Assembly: GCA_019828565.1 (NCBI GenBank)
Contig: JAHDYR010000012.1
Coordinates: 682,001-746,000, forward strand
Origin: Carpediemonas membranifera BICM
Taxonomy: Eukaryota; Protista; Fornicata
Length of the DNA stretch: 64,000 nucleotides
Direction of reading: 5' to 3'
The first letter of the stretch is position 1; the number at the start of each line of letters is the position of its first letter. The notes under the pieces were generated by a model, which saw nothing but the letters and a program-made list of their open reading frames with translations, made no database searches and was not told where the DNA came from. Both the position numbers and the translations under genes were made by a program. Positions 25,197 through 35,336 of this stretch are shown here, piece after piece.

Positions 25197-25542
25197 ATCA
25201 ATTTGGAATAGTCGATTATCGTCGACCAAATGGTCGGCATATCATCGAGGTGTAAGCTATCACGCCTCGGGCGTGGCTCACGCCCTGACACTGCTGGGTC
25301 AGGGTGTGTCAGAACAGTATTCCGGAGACACGAGAAAGATGGACAAAATATTTAGAAAATCTCGAAAGATATGATTGTGGATACGGTCTTGATCCGTCCC
25401 GATCGCGAGCAGATCGTATCCCTCCAGCAGAAACCGTGAGGATGGCCGAAGGCGACGCGGATGACGGGCCAAGGCCGCCAAACGGAATATAAATTTGATT
25501 AGATCAATTTGGAATAGTCGATTATCGTCGACCAAATGGTCG
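25197..25542 (+). repeat. D1 3' terminal B1-A2-spacer-B2 repeat block
   Basis: A 40-bp B repeat (atcaatttggaatagtcg…aaatggtcg) occurs twice, flanking the A2 copy. Confidence 0.92.
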
Positions 25543-26396
25543 TCTCCAGCAGATATTGCTTAAACTGCATGAGTAAAACATGTAAGAAATTGTTTCGGCA
25601 TTCTCCGCCTGAAGCGGCCCTCTTCAAAAAGAATACATATCATAAGATAAGCGATCCAGTCCAATTTTTGCTGTACAGGTCTGTGATCAGCTGACTTGAG
25701 CACTTCCAGGGGGTTGCAAATGTTCAAGGATGACACGATTGATCTAGCCGAGCTACGCAGGATGCTTCGCGACTGTTTTCGCTGACAGCGTCGCCAGCAA
25801 GTTCGTTTGATGAGCGATCGATGATTGAGAGCACAATGATGCAGATGATCATTCTTCGAACACTGGAACGATCGCCGTGAAGGACCTAGTACTCAGTGGA
25901 TGCGTATTGGCATACAAACTGGGTTTTTCCAGTCTCCTATTCATGCTTTTGGACTGTGGCTAACAGTTTTTGCGGCAAACAACGAAGGAAACGAAAGATT
26001 CCTGGAAATGAATGCAGATTTTGCGTCTATATGTGCTAGATATCTATTGTTGCTCGAGCTAGAATGCATTGTTGCTTTATTCCTTCATGGCCAGATCGCC
26101 TTGTGTCAAGAAAATCTCTCCAGGCCCAGCCTTTGTCCATGGGCAGCTTTACCCCAGATTGCTGCTAACACGGGCTCTTCTCCCCGCTATGATCACGCCA
26201 AACCCATTTTGCCGTTCTCTCGATCCGATTGGCAGAAAAAGATTCGCTGCAGAATGTAACATAACATAGGTATCAGGGCACAAATTGCGCCCTTTAGGGG
26301 TCATTTGCCCCGTCTTCACTAGAAATGATCTTGCATCTTTTTCGGAAAAAATAATCGATCATATTCACAGCTGTCAGGAAGTCTCTGAAGACGGCA

Positions 26397-29300
26397 ATGT
26401 CCGAAGCGTCGTTGTCACAGCATTCTTCCTCGTCCAGGATGCACCGTGCGCATTCTGATTTAGACTCATCGAGCATGGTTTCAAGCGGTACGTCAGATGT
26501 CTCTGCGGACACGTCGCTCCGCTCGCTCTTCTTCGAGCTAATGTACCTGACCAGCTCGCCGTCCAAGCTCTTTTGGGTCCTTTCTCTCTTCTTCCTGGGA
26601 ATCGACTCCCTCCAGATCCTTTCCTTCGCCACGGACCGCGTCTTCGGTCGCTGGACGCTGGCACCCTGGCTGCAGGACGGACTCAGCCTCACGCGGGTCA
26701 CCATCTTGCTCAGCATGTTCGAGCAGTACCATCTCGCGGCCGTACTGGGCGTCGCCATCGTTGCCTTCCTGGTGCTCTTCTGCGGCGTCTGCTACCTCTC
26801 GGCGCGGGCCATCCAACACGCCCGGGTCCCCAATATCATGCTGGTCCGCTTCATCCGGCTCACACTCATCTGCCTGACGACGTTCTCGTTCATCCCCGTC
26901 TTCAGCGTCCTCGTTCACATCGCAGTTACCGACATCGCCCTGTCCGCCTCACTCAACACGGCTATGGGGCTTGCAGCCGCTGTCATCGCCATCATCGTGA
27001 CGGGCACGATCACGCTGACCTCACTGACGAGCTACCCATTCGGCTTCACATCGTCCAACCCCCTCTCTCGCCAGCACTCCCGCATTGACATCATGTACCT
27101 CGCCGCCAAGGCCGTCACAGTGCTTCTCTTCCAGCTGCCCGCCATGCAGGCCCGGCCCAAGCTGCTGGGGGCCTGGATGCTGGTCTTCATCCTTGTCCAC
27201 ATCGCAGCGTACGGCGTCATTGCCCCCTACTACCGCATAACCACCAACATGGCCCGCGTCCTGACGGTGGCCGTGATGCTGGCCGGCCTTGGCCTGTACG
27301 TCCACTGGTCTGTCGCCCTCGTCCTGCTGCTGCTCTCGCCCCTCGCCGCCCTCCTCCCACTGGCCGCCGTCGGCACTGCCACGCTGCTCACAATGAAGTT
27401 CAGGGCCGCCGCCATCGCCGAGGAGGACCTGGACGCGGCTGTCCAGCTCAGACCCGTCCTGCTGGCCCCGCTGCAGGTCGAGCTCGCCCTGCGGCTGTCC
27501 CGGCGTCGCATCCGCTGCGCTAAAGCCCGTGTGGCCAAGATCAAGAAGGCCGTGCCGATGACGCTGCTCGAGTACGGTGGCGGCGTCGACGAGGAGGGGG
27601 CGCTCGATACCCGCCGCCTCTCGCCCGATCAGCACGACGACATCGCCCAGGCGGAGGCGACCATCAAGCAGGAGGTGCGGTTCGGCATGCGGCTGTTCAC
27701 AGTAGCCCGAGCCCGGTGGCCGCGGTCGTCCTACCTCGCCATGACATACGTGCTCTTCTGTGCGGCCTACCGCGGGGACACGCTGCAGTCGGCCATCCAC
27801 TCGACTGGCCGGGCGATGCAGGGGGCGCCGTGGGCGATGGACTCCCGCTACTTCTCATTCATCGCCCACCGCTACCGGTCGGCACTGTACGAGGATAGCA
27901 GCGTCATCACCAAGCTAGAGGCACAGAGGAACATGGCCACGCTCATCAAGAGCCAGAGGAAGCTCGCAGACGCCCTCAACACCTTCTGGACCCACATCGC
28001 AGACAACCAGGGCACTGGGTTTGCTGTTTCGCACTTTAAGCCGACTATGCGGGTCACCAAGCAGATCGCCACGCTGCTGGGGAGCACCGAGCGACTGTAC
28101 AAGGCGATGCTGGCCGCCCCCACGCCCCGCATCGTGCGATCGTACGCCCAGTACGTGCAGCTGTTCTCGACCGCCACCGGAGCCTACACCGACCAACTGT
28201 ACGGCATCGCGGACGAGCTCGAGGTCGCCCCCGGCAGCGGGCCCCGCTCCGGCCCCGGTCCTGTGCCACGTCTGGACATCCAAGGCGGCGTGGGGGTGGG
28301 GTCGTTCAAGTTCTTCCACATCAGAGCCGTCGCCAGCACCGTCCTCATCCTCGGTCTGTTCGCCGTGTCTGTGCTCGCCTGCGAGGTGGTGATGATGCTT
28401 TACTCGCACATCGTCTGGGAGTCGTTCGCCATCAGCTCACTCGCCACGGGCCTGCAGTTCTGCGGCCTGTCGTATGCTGCCGTCCAGCGAGACACGGTCA
28501 CCGCGGTCGCACTCACGGTGGCCACAGCCGAGGTCGCGGGCGCCACGTTCAGCTCGATCATCAACGAGAGGGGCCAGGAGTACATCGAGGCGGCGGCGAC
28601 GATGTATGCATACGGCCTGCAGCTCTACGTCGCCGGTGACCTCAGCATGTTCGAAGACCCCTACGCTGTCATCGCGGACATCGACCAAACTGTGCTCGAC
28701 CGACTGGGCAACACAGTCGTCGTCGGCCTCACCCACGCCCTGTACAACCTGCCGGACCTTCTCGCCACGACGACCCTCTTGGTGCCGACCGTAACCGGCG
28801 GAGCCCACGACGGCGGTTGGGAGGAAGTGTCGCTGCTCAGTGAGGTCAGCGGCATCATCCACACCATAGAGAGCCTCGCCGCCTGCGTCATGGAGAAGAC
28901 TGCGGCCGGCAGCAGCACGCCTGCGACGGATTGCTTCAACCAGCAGGTCGACACCATCATCCGATACGAGCTCGCCATCGTCGGCAACCTCTTCCCTGCC
29001 CTGAGCGAGGTGTCGGAGCGGGTGTTCATCGTCACACAGGTCTTCCCGCTGCTGGAGCTCGTCTCCTTCGGCGCCATCTTCGTCCTTCTTATGACGTCCG
29101 TCTTGGTGGTGTCAGTCACGCTGTACATCGTTCCTATGACACGCGACATCTCATCGTCGGTCGGCATCCTCACCCTATTCTCCTCTGTCCCGGAGGAGAC
29201 CCTCAGTGCGGTCGTGTCCCGCGTGCAGCTCCTTCGTACTCGCCGGGCTGACCCTAAGCCAGCCTCCACCGACTCCCCCGCCCTGCAACCCACCCCAGCC

Positions 29301-30527
29301 ACCCGCACCGCCGTCCAGACGCCGGTAGGACTAACCCACACCGTCGACTTCGGGGCGACCCGGGTGATCGACTCCGATCTGTCGATGCCGGTCACGGCCG
29401 CCCAGTCAAGCAGCTCGGAGAGCGACAGCGATGCCAGTGTTGTGCTCAACCAGCCGATGACGTTCCCAGAGGCCAGCACGGCGCTCAGTCTCGTCGAGGT
29501 CGCCGACACCGAGGCAGATCTCGTCGATGCGGTGGCCCTCGGCGACACAGACGCCGTGATGCTGCCCAACAAGCCCCTCGTCCGCGGTGCCGGCCACATC
29601 AAGGCGGGTCTGTTCAGGGGCCGCATGGGGGTTCGGCAGCTGCCGACGCTGTCGCTATGGATGGCGCTCTTTGCTGCGGTTTACCTCACCATGTGCGGGT
29701 ACGTGCTGTACCGGAGCGGCGGGGTGTCCCAGACGGCGTCGACCCTCTTCTACCAGTACCAGTCCGCCATCCAGCTGCGGCACGGCCTGGTCGCGCTCAT
29801 GAGCACTACAGTGTCGCTCTCCTCTACGTACCACCCGACCAACATGACGTTCCTCCGACACGAGTTCGACGCCATCGGGGAAAGTACCGCGAACCTCATC
29901 CCTCACCTCAACGGGTACTCCGTCGCCGACGATCCCATCTTCGAGTCCGCCTGGGCACAGACGGGCTGGTCAGCCGTCAAGCGGCCCGCCACGACCCTGT
30001 CTGGGCTCATTGTCATGGACAGCTGGGTCGACGGGGCCAACGAGGACGACATCACGGGCCTGCTCTACAGCGACGAGTGCATACGGCTGTCGGACTTCTT
30101 CTGTGTCAACGTCCTGCTGCATGCCGCGGAGGCGCAACACGGCCTCATCATGGCGACAACGTCGTACCTGGCCTCGTTCGACGAGCTCTTCGCCGCCATC
30201 ATCGGCGGGACGTTCTCGGGGGCGTCCTACGCGCAGAAGTTCATCCTGGGCGAGGTCGACGTCTACGGCGGCATCGTCCGCGTCACGAGCTGTCTGCGCG
30301 ACCGCCTGTCCGCGGAGGTCGGCGGCACCATGGTCGGCGTCGGTGCTTTCCTATGCGTCTTCTGCGTCGTGCTTGCGTTGTTCTACGGCCTCTATCTCTT
30401 CAGGACAATCGTCAACATCTCTCGCACCCGGCGCCACTTCGGGGTGCTTTACAGGTCCCTCCCCCGAGATGGCCTGCCCGCGAACCTCGTGGAGGCCTTC
30501 CAGGAGGTTTTCCCCGATGAGAACTGA
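26397..30527 (+). CDS. Multi-pass membrane protein, TmcB/TmcC-like (protist family)
   Basis: 1376-aa ORF with an N-terminal TM cluster (HSRID…, PYYR…N), a helical region and later TM pairs. Family call is by motif resemblance. Confidence 0.7.
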   Translation: MSEASLSQHSSSSRMHRAHSDLDSSSMVSSGTSDVSADTSLRSLFFELMYLTSSPSKLFWVLSLFFLGIDSLQILSFATDRVFGRWTLAPWLQDGLSLTRVTILLSMFEQYHLAAVLGVAIVAFLVLFCGVCYLSARAIQHARVPNIMLVRFIRLTLICLTTFSFIPVFSVLVHIAVTDIALSASLNTAMGLAAAVIAIIVTGTITLTSLTSYPFGFTSSNPLSRQHSRIDIMYLAAKAVTVLLFQLPAMQARPKLLGAWMLVFILVHIAAYGVIAPYYRITTNMARVLTVAVMLAGLGLYVHWSVALVLLLLSPLAALLPLAAVGTATLLTMKFRAAAIAEEDLDAAVQLRPVLLAPLQVELALRLSRRRIRCAKARVAKIKKAVPMTLLEYGGGVDEEGALDTRRLSPDQHDDIAQAEATIKQEVRFGMRLFTVARARWPRSSYLAMTYVLFCAAYRGDTLQSAIHSTGRAMQGAPWAMDSRYFSFIAHRYRSALYEDSSVITKLEAQRNMATLIKSQRKLADALNTFWTHIADNQGTGFAVSHFKPTMRVTKQIATLLGSTERLYKAMLAAPTPRIVRSYAQYVQLFSTATGAYTDQLYGIADELEVAPGSGPRSGPGPVPRLDIQGGVGVGSFKFFHIRAVASTVLILGLFAVSVLACEVVMMLYSHIVWESFAISSLATGLQFCGLSYAAVQRDTVTAVALTVATAEVAGATFSSIINERGQEYIEAAATMYAYGLQLYVAGDLSMFEDPYAVIADIDQTVLDRLGNTVVVGLTHALYNLPDLLATTTLLVPTVTGGAHDGGWEEVSLLSEVSGIIHTIESLAACVMEKTAAGSSTPATDCFNQQVDTIIRYELAIVGNLFPALSEVSERVFIVTQVFPLLELVSFGAIFVLLMTSVLVVSVTLYIVPMTRDISSSVGILTLFSSVPEETLSAVVSRVQLLRTRRADPKPASTDSPALQPTPATRTAVQTPVGLTHTVDFGATRVIDSDLSMPVTAAQSSSSESDSDASVVLNQPMTFPEASTALSLVEVADTEADLVDAVALGDTDAVMLPNKPLVRGAGHIKAGLFRGRMGVRQLPTLSLWMALFAAVYLTMCGYVLYRSGGVSQTASTLFYQYQSAIQLRHGLVALMSTTVSLSSTYHPTNMTFLRHEFDAIGESTANLIPHLNGYSVADDPIFESAWAQTGWSAVKRPATTLSGLIVMDSWVDGANEDDITGLLYSDECIRLSDFFCVNVLLHAAEAQHGLIMATTSYLASFDELFAAIIGGTFSGASYAQKFILGEVDVYGGIVRVTSCLRDRLSAEVGGTMVGVGAFLCVFCVVLALFYGLYLFRTIVNISRTRRHFGVLYRSLPRDGLPANLVEAFQEVFPDEN

Positions 30528-30689
30528 TCATACCATATCTTTATAAAGATCTCCCTGACAGCGCGCATGATAGAAAGGCGGTCACCTGCTGTAAAGTTAC
30601 AGAGGCCTGCAAGGAGGGCCTCAAGATGCTACAGAGCAGTCGCGCTCTAGGTGTACACCCACACACATCATCTTTACTCATCAGCGAGC

Positions 30690-31067
30690 CTACGCCTGCA
30701 ACAGGATGCACTGGTGGTGGACGCAGGCGATGCCGGCCTCGTCGCAGCGGGCAATCGCCTCATCTGACTCAGCGCCGGGCTGGAACCAGATCTTGTTGAT
30801 GCCCAGAGTCTTGCACTCTTCGACGATGCTCAGCCCCACCTTGGGCGGCACGATGACGGATACAACATCAGGGACGACGGGGCACTCGGCAAGGCTCGCA
30901 AAGATCTTCTCCCCGTTCAGCTCAGGCAATCTTGGATTCACGCCGAAGACAGTCTTATCGCCGAGCTTCTTCAGATGGTTGTAGACCTTGCTGCCGTACT
31001 TTGACGCGTCAGCGCTGACACCAACGACGGCGAAGACCTTCTGTTCGAGAAATGACGTTAATGACAT
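30690..31067 (-). CDS. CoA-binding protein (YccU-like Rossmann fold)
   Basis: AVVGVSADASKYG…VNP…PDVVSVIVPP…WFQPGAES…HQC, typical of the family. Confidence 0.9.
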   Translation of the reverse strand: MSLTSFLEQKVFAVVGVSADASKYGSKVYNHLKKLGDKTVFGVNPRLPELNGEKIFASLAECPVVPDVVSVIVPPKVGLSIVEECKTLGINKIWFQPGAESDEAIARCDEAGIACVHHQCILLQA

Positions 31068-31167
31068 GGCAAGTTCTGGTAGTTGCCGAATAATGAAGGA
31101 GTGCTGCCCGTGCAGCGCACTTTATGACAGGATCTGATCTGGACGGATCTGCGACGGCAGCCCAGCC

Positions 31168-32334
31168 TCACCCGTCGAGCCCATCCAGGATCGAGTCGTA
31201 CGGCCCCCGCCGCCCGGGGGTCTGGGCCACCGAGTACTCCGAGAGGCGGTCGTACAGGGACCCGATCTCCCGGTCCAGCACGGTCTCCCGGTCGGATAGC
31301 GCCATGTTCAGCCGCTGGATCATGTCCGCCTGGGCCGAGCACTGGCGGTCGAGCCCCTCGTGTTCGGCCATGACACGCGATACGGTCTCCTCCAACCGGG
31401 ACTGTCGCACTGCGCTGTCGGCGAGCTGCTCCTTGAGGGAGTCCCTCTCGGCCACGAGCTTGTTTATGGCCCCGACGCCCCAGGTGCCCGGGCGCCCCAG
31501 GTCGGTCAGCGACGACCTCGCCTGGTCCACCTCTTCCTGGTGCCGGGCGCGCACGTGCTCGAGCTGGCGGTGGTGCCGGGACTCGATCTGGGAGATGGCC
31601 TGCGCGACCACGCTCTCGAGCAGCTGGGCGTCCGTGTTCGTCTTCAGCAGGGGGCTAATCAATTGATTGATCCTGTCCCGGCTCTGCCTGGCCTGGTCGA
31701 CCTGAGCGCGCAGGCCGGCCTCCTCCTTGCGGTGTCGCTTGTCCGACGCCCAGAGCCTGGCATTCAGCGCCTCCACCTCATCCCTCAATCGGGCTGCCTT
31801 CGCGGCGTTCTCGTCCCGCTCGACAATGACGGCAGCCCGCTCGGCGGCCTCCACCTGGACCTGCCGCTCGAGCCCGTCAATCCGGGCGGCCAGAGTATCC
31901 AGCTCCCCTTCATCCGGCAGCTGGGCACGGAGATGCCTCGCCTCTGTCCTGCTCTGCTCGAGGGAAGTGGTGAGTGTCCTGATCTTGGCCTGGAGGGCGG
32001 TGTTCTCGGCGCGGAGTCGTTCCTCGGTTTTCGCCGTGTGGCAAACCGGGGACTGTTTAGCAGCAGGCGGTGCAGCAGGACGCCTGCGGAGTTGTACAAT
32101 CTCGTTCTGTGCCTCGGAAAGTGCGTATTCCAGCTCGGCGATGCGAACGTCTTGTTGTGTGATCCATTGCACGAAGCTGGCGAGCTTCTTCTCGACTATT
32201 TGCGCACGTAGGTCATCTTCATCTATCTTGGAGCCAAACTGTCTTGTTGGTGAACTTACCGGCGTGCCATTCAGGCTGATCACCATCCGCGCCACGAACT
32301 GTCGACCCGACTTGCGGTGGATGTGAGCCTTCAC
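31168..32334 (-). CDS. Coiled-coil protein (start uncertain; first ATG at ~32286)
   Basis: Long ORF with heptad E/A/R/L-rich pattern. Confidence 0.72.
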   Translation of the reverse strand: MKAHIHRKSGRQFVARMVISLNGTPVSSPTRQFGSKIDEDDLRAQIVEKKLASFVQWITQQDVRIAELEYALSEAQNEIVQLRRRPAAPPAAKQSPVCHTAKTEERLRAENTALQAKIRTLTTSLEQSRTEARHLRAQLPDEGELDTLAARIDGLERQVQVEAAERAAVIVERDENAAKAARLRDEVEALNARLWASDKRHRKEEAGLRAQVDQARQSRDRINQLISPLLKTNTDAQLLESVVAQAISQIESRHHRQLEHVRARHQEEVDQARSSLTDLGRPGTWGVGAINKLVAERDSLKEQLADSAVRQSRLEETVSRVMAEHEGLDRQCSAQADMIQRLNMALSDRETVLDREIGSLYDRLSEYSVAQTPGRRGPYDSILDGLDG

Positions 32335-32385
32335 GCCGCACGGAGGGACGCGCCCCTCCCAGGCATCGCTACTTACTATCTAAAT

Positions 32386-32958
32386 TTAGTGGTAACGACC
32401 ATGCAGCTGGTCGACGGACTCGCCTGTGGAGAGAGAACGGGGCACGACAGACGGCGTGGGGTCGGAGGGACGGCGCTGGCTCGCGGTGCCGCGGGGGGTG
32501 ACGGCCCTTCTCGGGGAGCCGACGCCGTACGCGTTGTCGTCGGGATCGGGGCCGGTGAAGCGCTCCTGGAGGGCCGTGGAGTATACGCAGACGTACTTCA
32601 CACGGAACGGGTTGCCCAGGTGCTTCGGGGAGTCCTCAGGGGCGTACTCGACGATGTAGTCGTTCTCGCGGTGGTCGCGGCGGGATTGGCGGCGGGACTC
32701 GCGGCTGGAGGAGTGCTCGGTGTGGTGATGGTCGTTCCGGGGCGAATGATGCCGATTGTGGCGCGAGGAGTTGGAGCTGGTCCCATGGCTTGTTTCCCGC
32801 GCCATTTGGGACATATTGGGGATGGTATAGGGGATGTACGCGGACTCGACGGGGGCAGGACGAGTCCGGGGGTTGATAGCACGGGCGCTAACGGGAGAAC
32901 TAGGCCTTCTGGAAGCCTTAGACGACCCTCTGCTTCTTGAATAGTGACTATCAGCCAT
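32386..32958 (-). CDS. Hypothetical Ser/Arg/His-rich protein
   Basis: 190-aa ATG ORF filling the gap between AT-richer spacers. Confidence 0.55.
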   Translation of the reverse strand: MADSHYSRSRGSSKASRRPSSPVSARAINPRTRPAPVESAYIPYTIPNMSQMARETSHGTSSNSSRHNRHHSPRNDHHHTEHSSSRESRRQSRRDHRENDYIVEYAPEDSPKHLGNPFRVKYVCVYSTALQERFTGPDPDDNAYGVGSPRRAVTPRGTASQRRPSDPTPSVVPRSLSTGESVDQLHGRYH

Positions 32959-33125
32959 GTTAGTCGAGGATACGAAATGGAAAGAAGATGTGGTGCAAGA
33001 AGAAATGAACCAATCTATTGAAAAACTGTTCTAGATTAGCTATTCCTGGCCATATGCAGGGTGCATTGCCTGCACAGCTAGCATCATCACCAGTGCAGCG
33101 GGGCGCGGCCTTTGTTTCACTAATC

Positions 33126-35078
33126 TCATCCGGCACCAACCCTCACCGGGGACGACCACAGAAGGCCGGTTGGGGGCGTGGCTGCTACTGGCTCGGCTAT
33201 CCACGCGTCGTGCAGGTCCCCACGGACCCTACCGCCCGTGTTGTCGCCCATGGCCACCGTCCGGTCCCCACCGGTGAACCAGAGGGTGAAGCGGCCCGCA
33301 TGCTTCTCAGCGGCCATGGCGTCCGGGGACCACGGGAACGAGTGCGCTGTGCCGGCCGTGTCGCCCAGGACACACCCGTCCGCCGTGATAAATGCGACGG
33401 CATACTCTGTTGAGAGTACGGCCAGTACGGGGGGCAGGACAAGTGGGACCGGGTCGGGGCAGACGACGAAGGGCGGGCGGTCCATGAAGGGGCACAGGCT
33501 GGGGATGGCACGTCCGGCAAAGACGAGGGTGCCCGCGGACTCGAAGATGGTGAACCTACACTGGGCCGCGGGTACAGACGCAACGGGGACGGGGGCCGGG
33601 ACGAGGCGTGTCAGGGCGTCGGTGTGGCCCAGCCCCAGCTGACCGAGGCTGTTGTGGCCGGCCACAAGCTGTCCGTCGGCCGACCCGAGGACGATATTCA
33701 TGTCCGTTGTCATGACGACAGTCGGCAGGAAGCCCTGGGGCAGGGGCACCGGTCTGAACACGCGGGCCAGGCGGGACACGGACTCGTCGGCCACACAGCC
33801 GAGCCGGTCGACGTTGCTGCCGGACGCGACGACACCGACCGGAGTCACGAGGACCGAGTAGCACCTTGTCACCGCGACAGCCCAGATCGCAGCGTCCTTG
33901 CGGCCCGGGGGCAGCCGTGCCTCGAGTAGAGCGAGGGCGGGGGCCTCGTCGAAGGTCACGCGGGTCGCACAAGGGTCCAGAGGGACACCGGGCAGGTTAC
34001 GATCGTACAGCCCCAGCACATTGCTGTCGTCGTCTCCGAACCCGAACAAGCCCGCCGGGGTGACGGCCATGGCGGCGGTGCGGCTGGTGTGCAGCGCGAG
34101 TACGGGCGGGAGCCGCACCATCCCGAACCCAGCACACGGACGGTGACCAAGGAGGCACGGGTCGCCCCGTGTGAACACCCGACCGTTGTAGAGGCGAATA
34201 TGGGTCCGTCCCGCGGGGCAGAGCTGGTCCTGCCGGGTCCCGTCGGCAGCCACGATGGCGTGTGACATGAAGAACTTCTTGCACATGAACCACACGGCCC
34301 TGGCGTCTTTTCCGAATGCGTACGGCTGCGCTGCGGCACATGTGACGGTGCTGCGGCCGTCTAGGTCGGGGTCGGCCCCTGCCTGCATCAGTATGGCCCA
34401 CACCGTGCCGTGCAGCAGCGTGTACAGCCTCATAGGGAGGTCTTCGCCGCTCCTGAGGGCGATGCCCATGCTCAGGGCCGGGCCGTCTGGATGGAGGGTC
34501 GTGAGGGCAAGCTCGAGGAGATGGACGGCCTTGCGGCGGGATGGGAGAATAAACGCGGAGAACCTGGAGAATGAACCGTTGAGAAGCGCCCTGATTGTTG
34601 CACGGAGCGTCTCGATGGAGCACTCGCCGTCCACGGCAGTACCGGGGATAGTGTGGCCATACATCGCTGTGTATGCGGTGCTTAGAAGAAGAGGAACATC
34701 TCCAGCCATCTCCTGCGTCAGTTCAACGGCCATAGCATGAGCTACGATGAGCGTTGCCTTCATTAGCGCTTGCCCATTAATGACATCCAGTCCCAGATCG
34801 TCTTGACACCCTCTCAGGGGCCATGCCAGCGGAGAGGGGGCTGCCCGCCGCATGATGGGGCGGGGGCAGGCTGCGGACCAGTGGCGTCCCAAGGGCGCCG
34901 CGCCACGGCACAGCCCCCAGTGTCCAACCGCGTTGACTCGACGGACAGCGGCCCGGCCTCGGACATATGCTGTCCGTAGAGGGGCAATGTCGATGTCGAA
35001 GCGCCAGTGCGGGCTCCGTTCAGGCAGTATTGCTCGATTGCTTTCTGCCCGGCGCCCGGCCATGTTGGTCGGCTCCAT
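33126..35078 (-). CDS. RCC1/BLIP-II-like beta-propeller protein (start uncertain, possibly ~34763)
   Basis: RCC1-like repeats GLFGFGDDDSNVLG, VASGSN..RLG, VAGHNSLGQLGLGH, AMGDNTGGRV. Confidence 0.65.
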   Translation of the reverse strand: MEPTNMAGRRAESNRAILPERSPHWRFDIDIAPLRTAYVRGRAAVRRVNAVGHWGLCRGAAPLGRHWSAACPRPIMRRAAPSPLAWPLRGCQDDLGLDVINGQALMKATLIVAHAMAVELTQEMAGDVPLLLSTAYTAMYGHTIPGTAVDGECSIETLRATIRALLNGSFSRFSAFILPSRRKAVHLLELALTTLHPDGPALSMGIALRSGEDLPMRLYTLLHGTVWAILMQAGADPDLDGRSTVTCAAAQPYAFGKDARAVWFMCKKFFMSHAIVAADGTRQDQLCPAGRTHIRLYNGRVFTRGDPCLLGHRPCAGFGMVRLPPVLALHTSRTAAMAVTPAGLFGFGDDDSNVLGLYDRNLPGVPLDPCATRVTFDEAPALALLEARLPPGRKDAAIWAVAVTRCYSVLVTPVGVVASGSNVDRLGCVADESVSRLARVFRPVPLPQGFLPTVVMTTDMNIVLGSADGQLVAGHNSLGQLGLGHTDALTRLVPAPVPVASVPAAQCRFTIFESAGTLVFAGRAIPSLCPFMDRPPFVVCPDPVPLVLPPVLAVLSTEYAVAFITADGCVLGDTAGTAHSFPWSPDAMAAEKHAGRFTLWFTGGDRTVAMGDNTGGRVRGDLHDAWIAEPVAATPPTGLLWSSPVRVGAG

Positions 35079-35336
35079 GTTTGTGCAGTGGAACGAGGGT
35101 TTCCTGGCCAGAAACGGCCAAACGACCGAAATGCAGATTACTGTGCGGAGCGACCACTCTTGACTGGCAAAGATCGCTGGCGTTGGTTTAAGGTAAGGCG
35201 CTCAGCGACACGAAAAAGCAGAGTGGCGCCGCTTCGCTGCCCTCATTCCCGCTTCTGTGACACACGACACATGTCACCGATGGCGTGACACATCATCTGT
35301 TGATGCATGCAAAACCCGCCGAGATAATACGAGTCC

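Larger units (their letters stand above)
7688..25542 (+). mobile_element. Tyrosine-recombinase retrotransposon D1 (DIRS order, split direct repeats A1-ORFs-B1-A2-B2, Ngaro/PAT-like), about 4.44 kb once insertions G2/G3/G4 are removed
   Basis: A1 7688-7913 matches A2 25237-25462 (3 mismatches). B1 25197-25236 equals B2 25503-25542. Encodes ORF1, RT/RNase H/MTase-like and YR. Confidence 0.92.

Noticed and set aside
25543-26390. Short ORFs in the AT-richer spacer after D1
   Set aside because: No recognisable motifs or host-like codon bias. A decayed element cannot be excluded.
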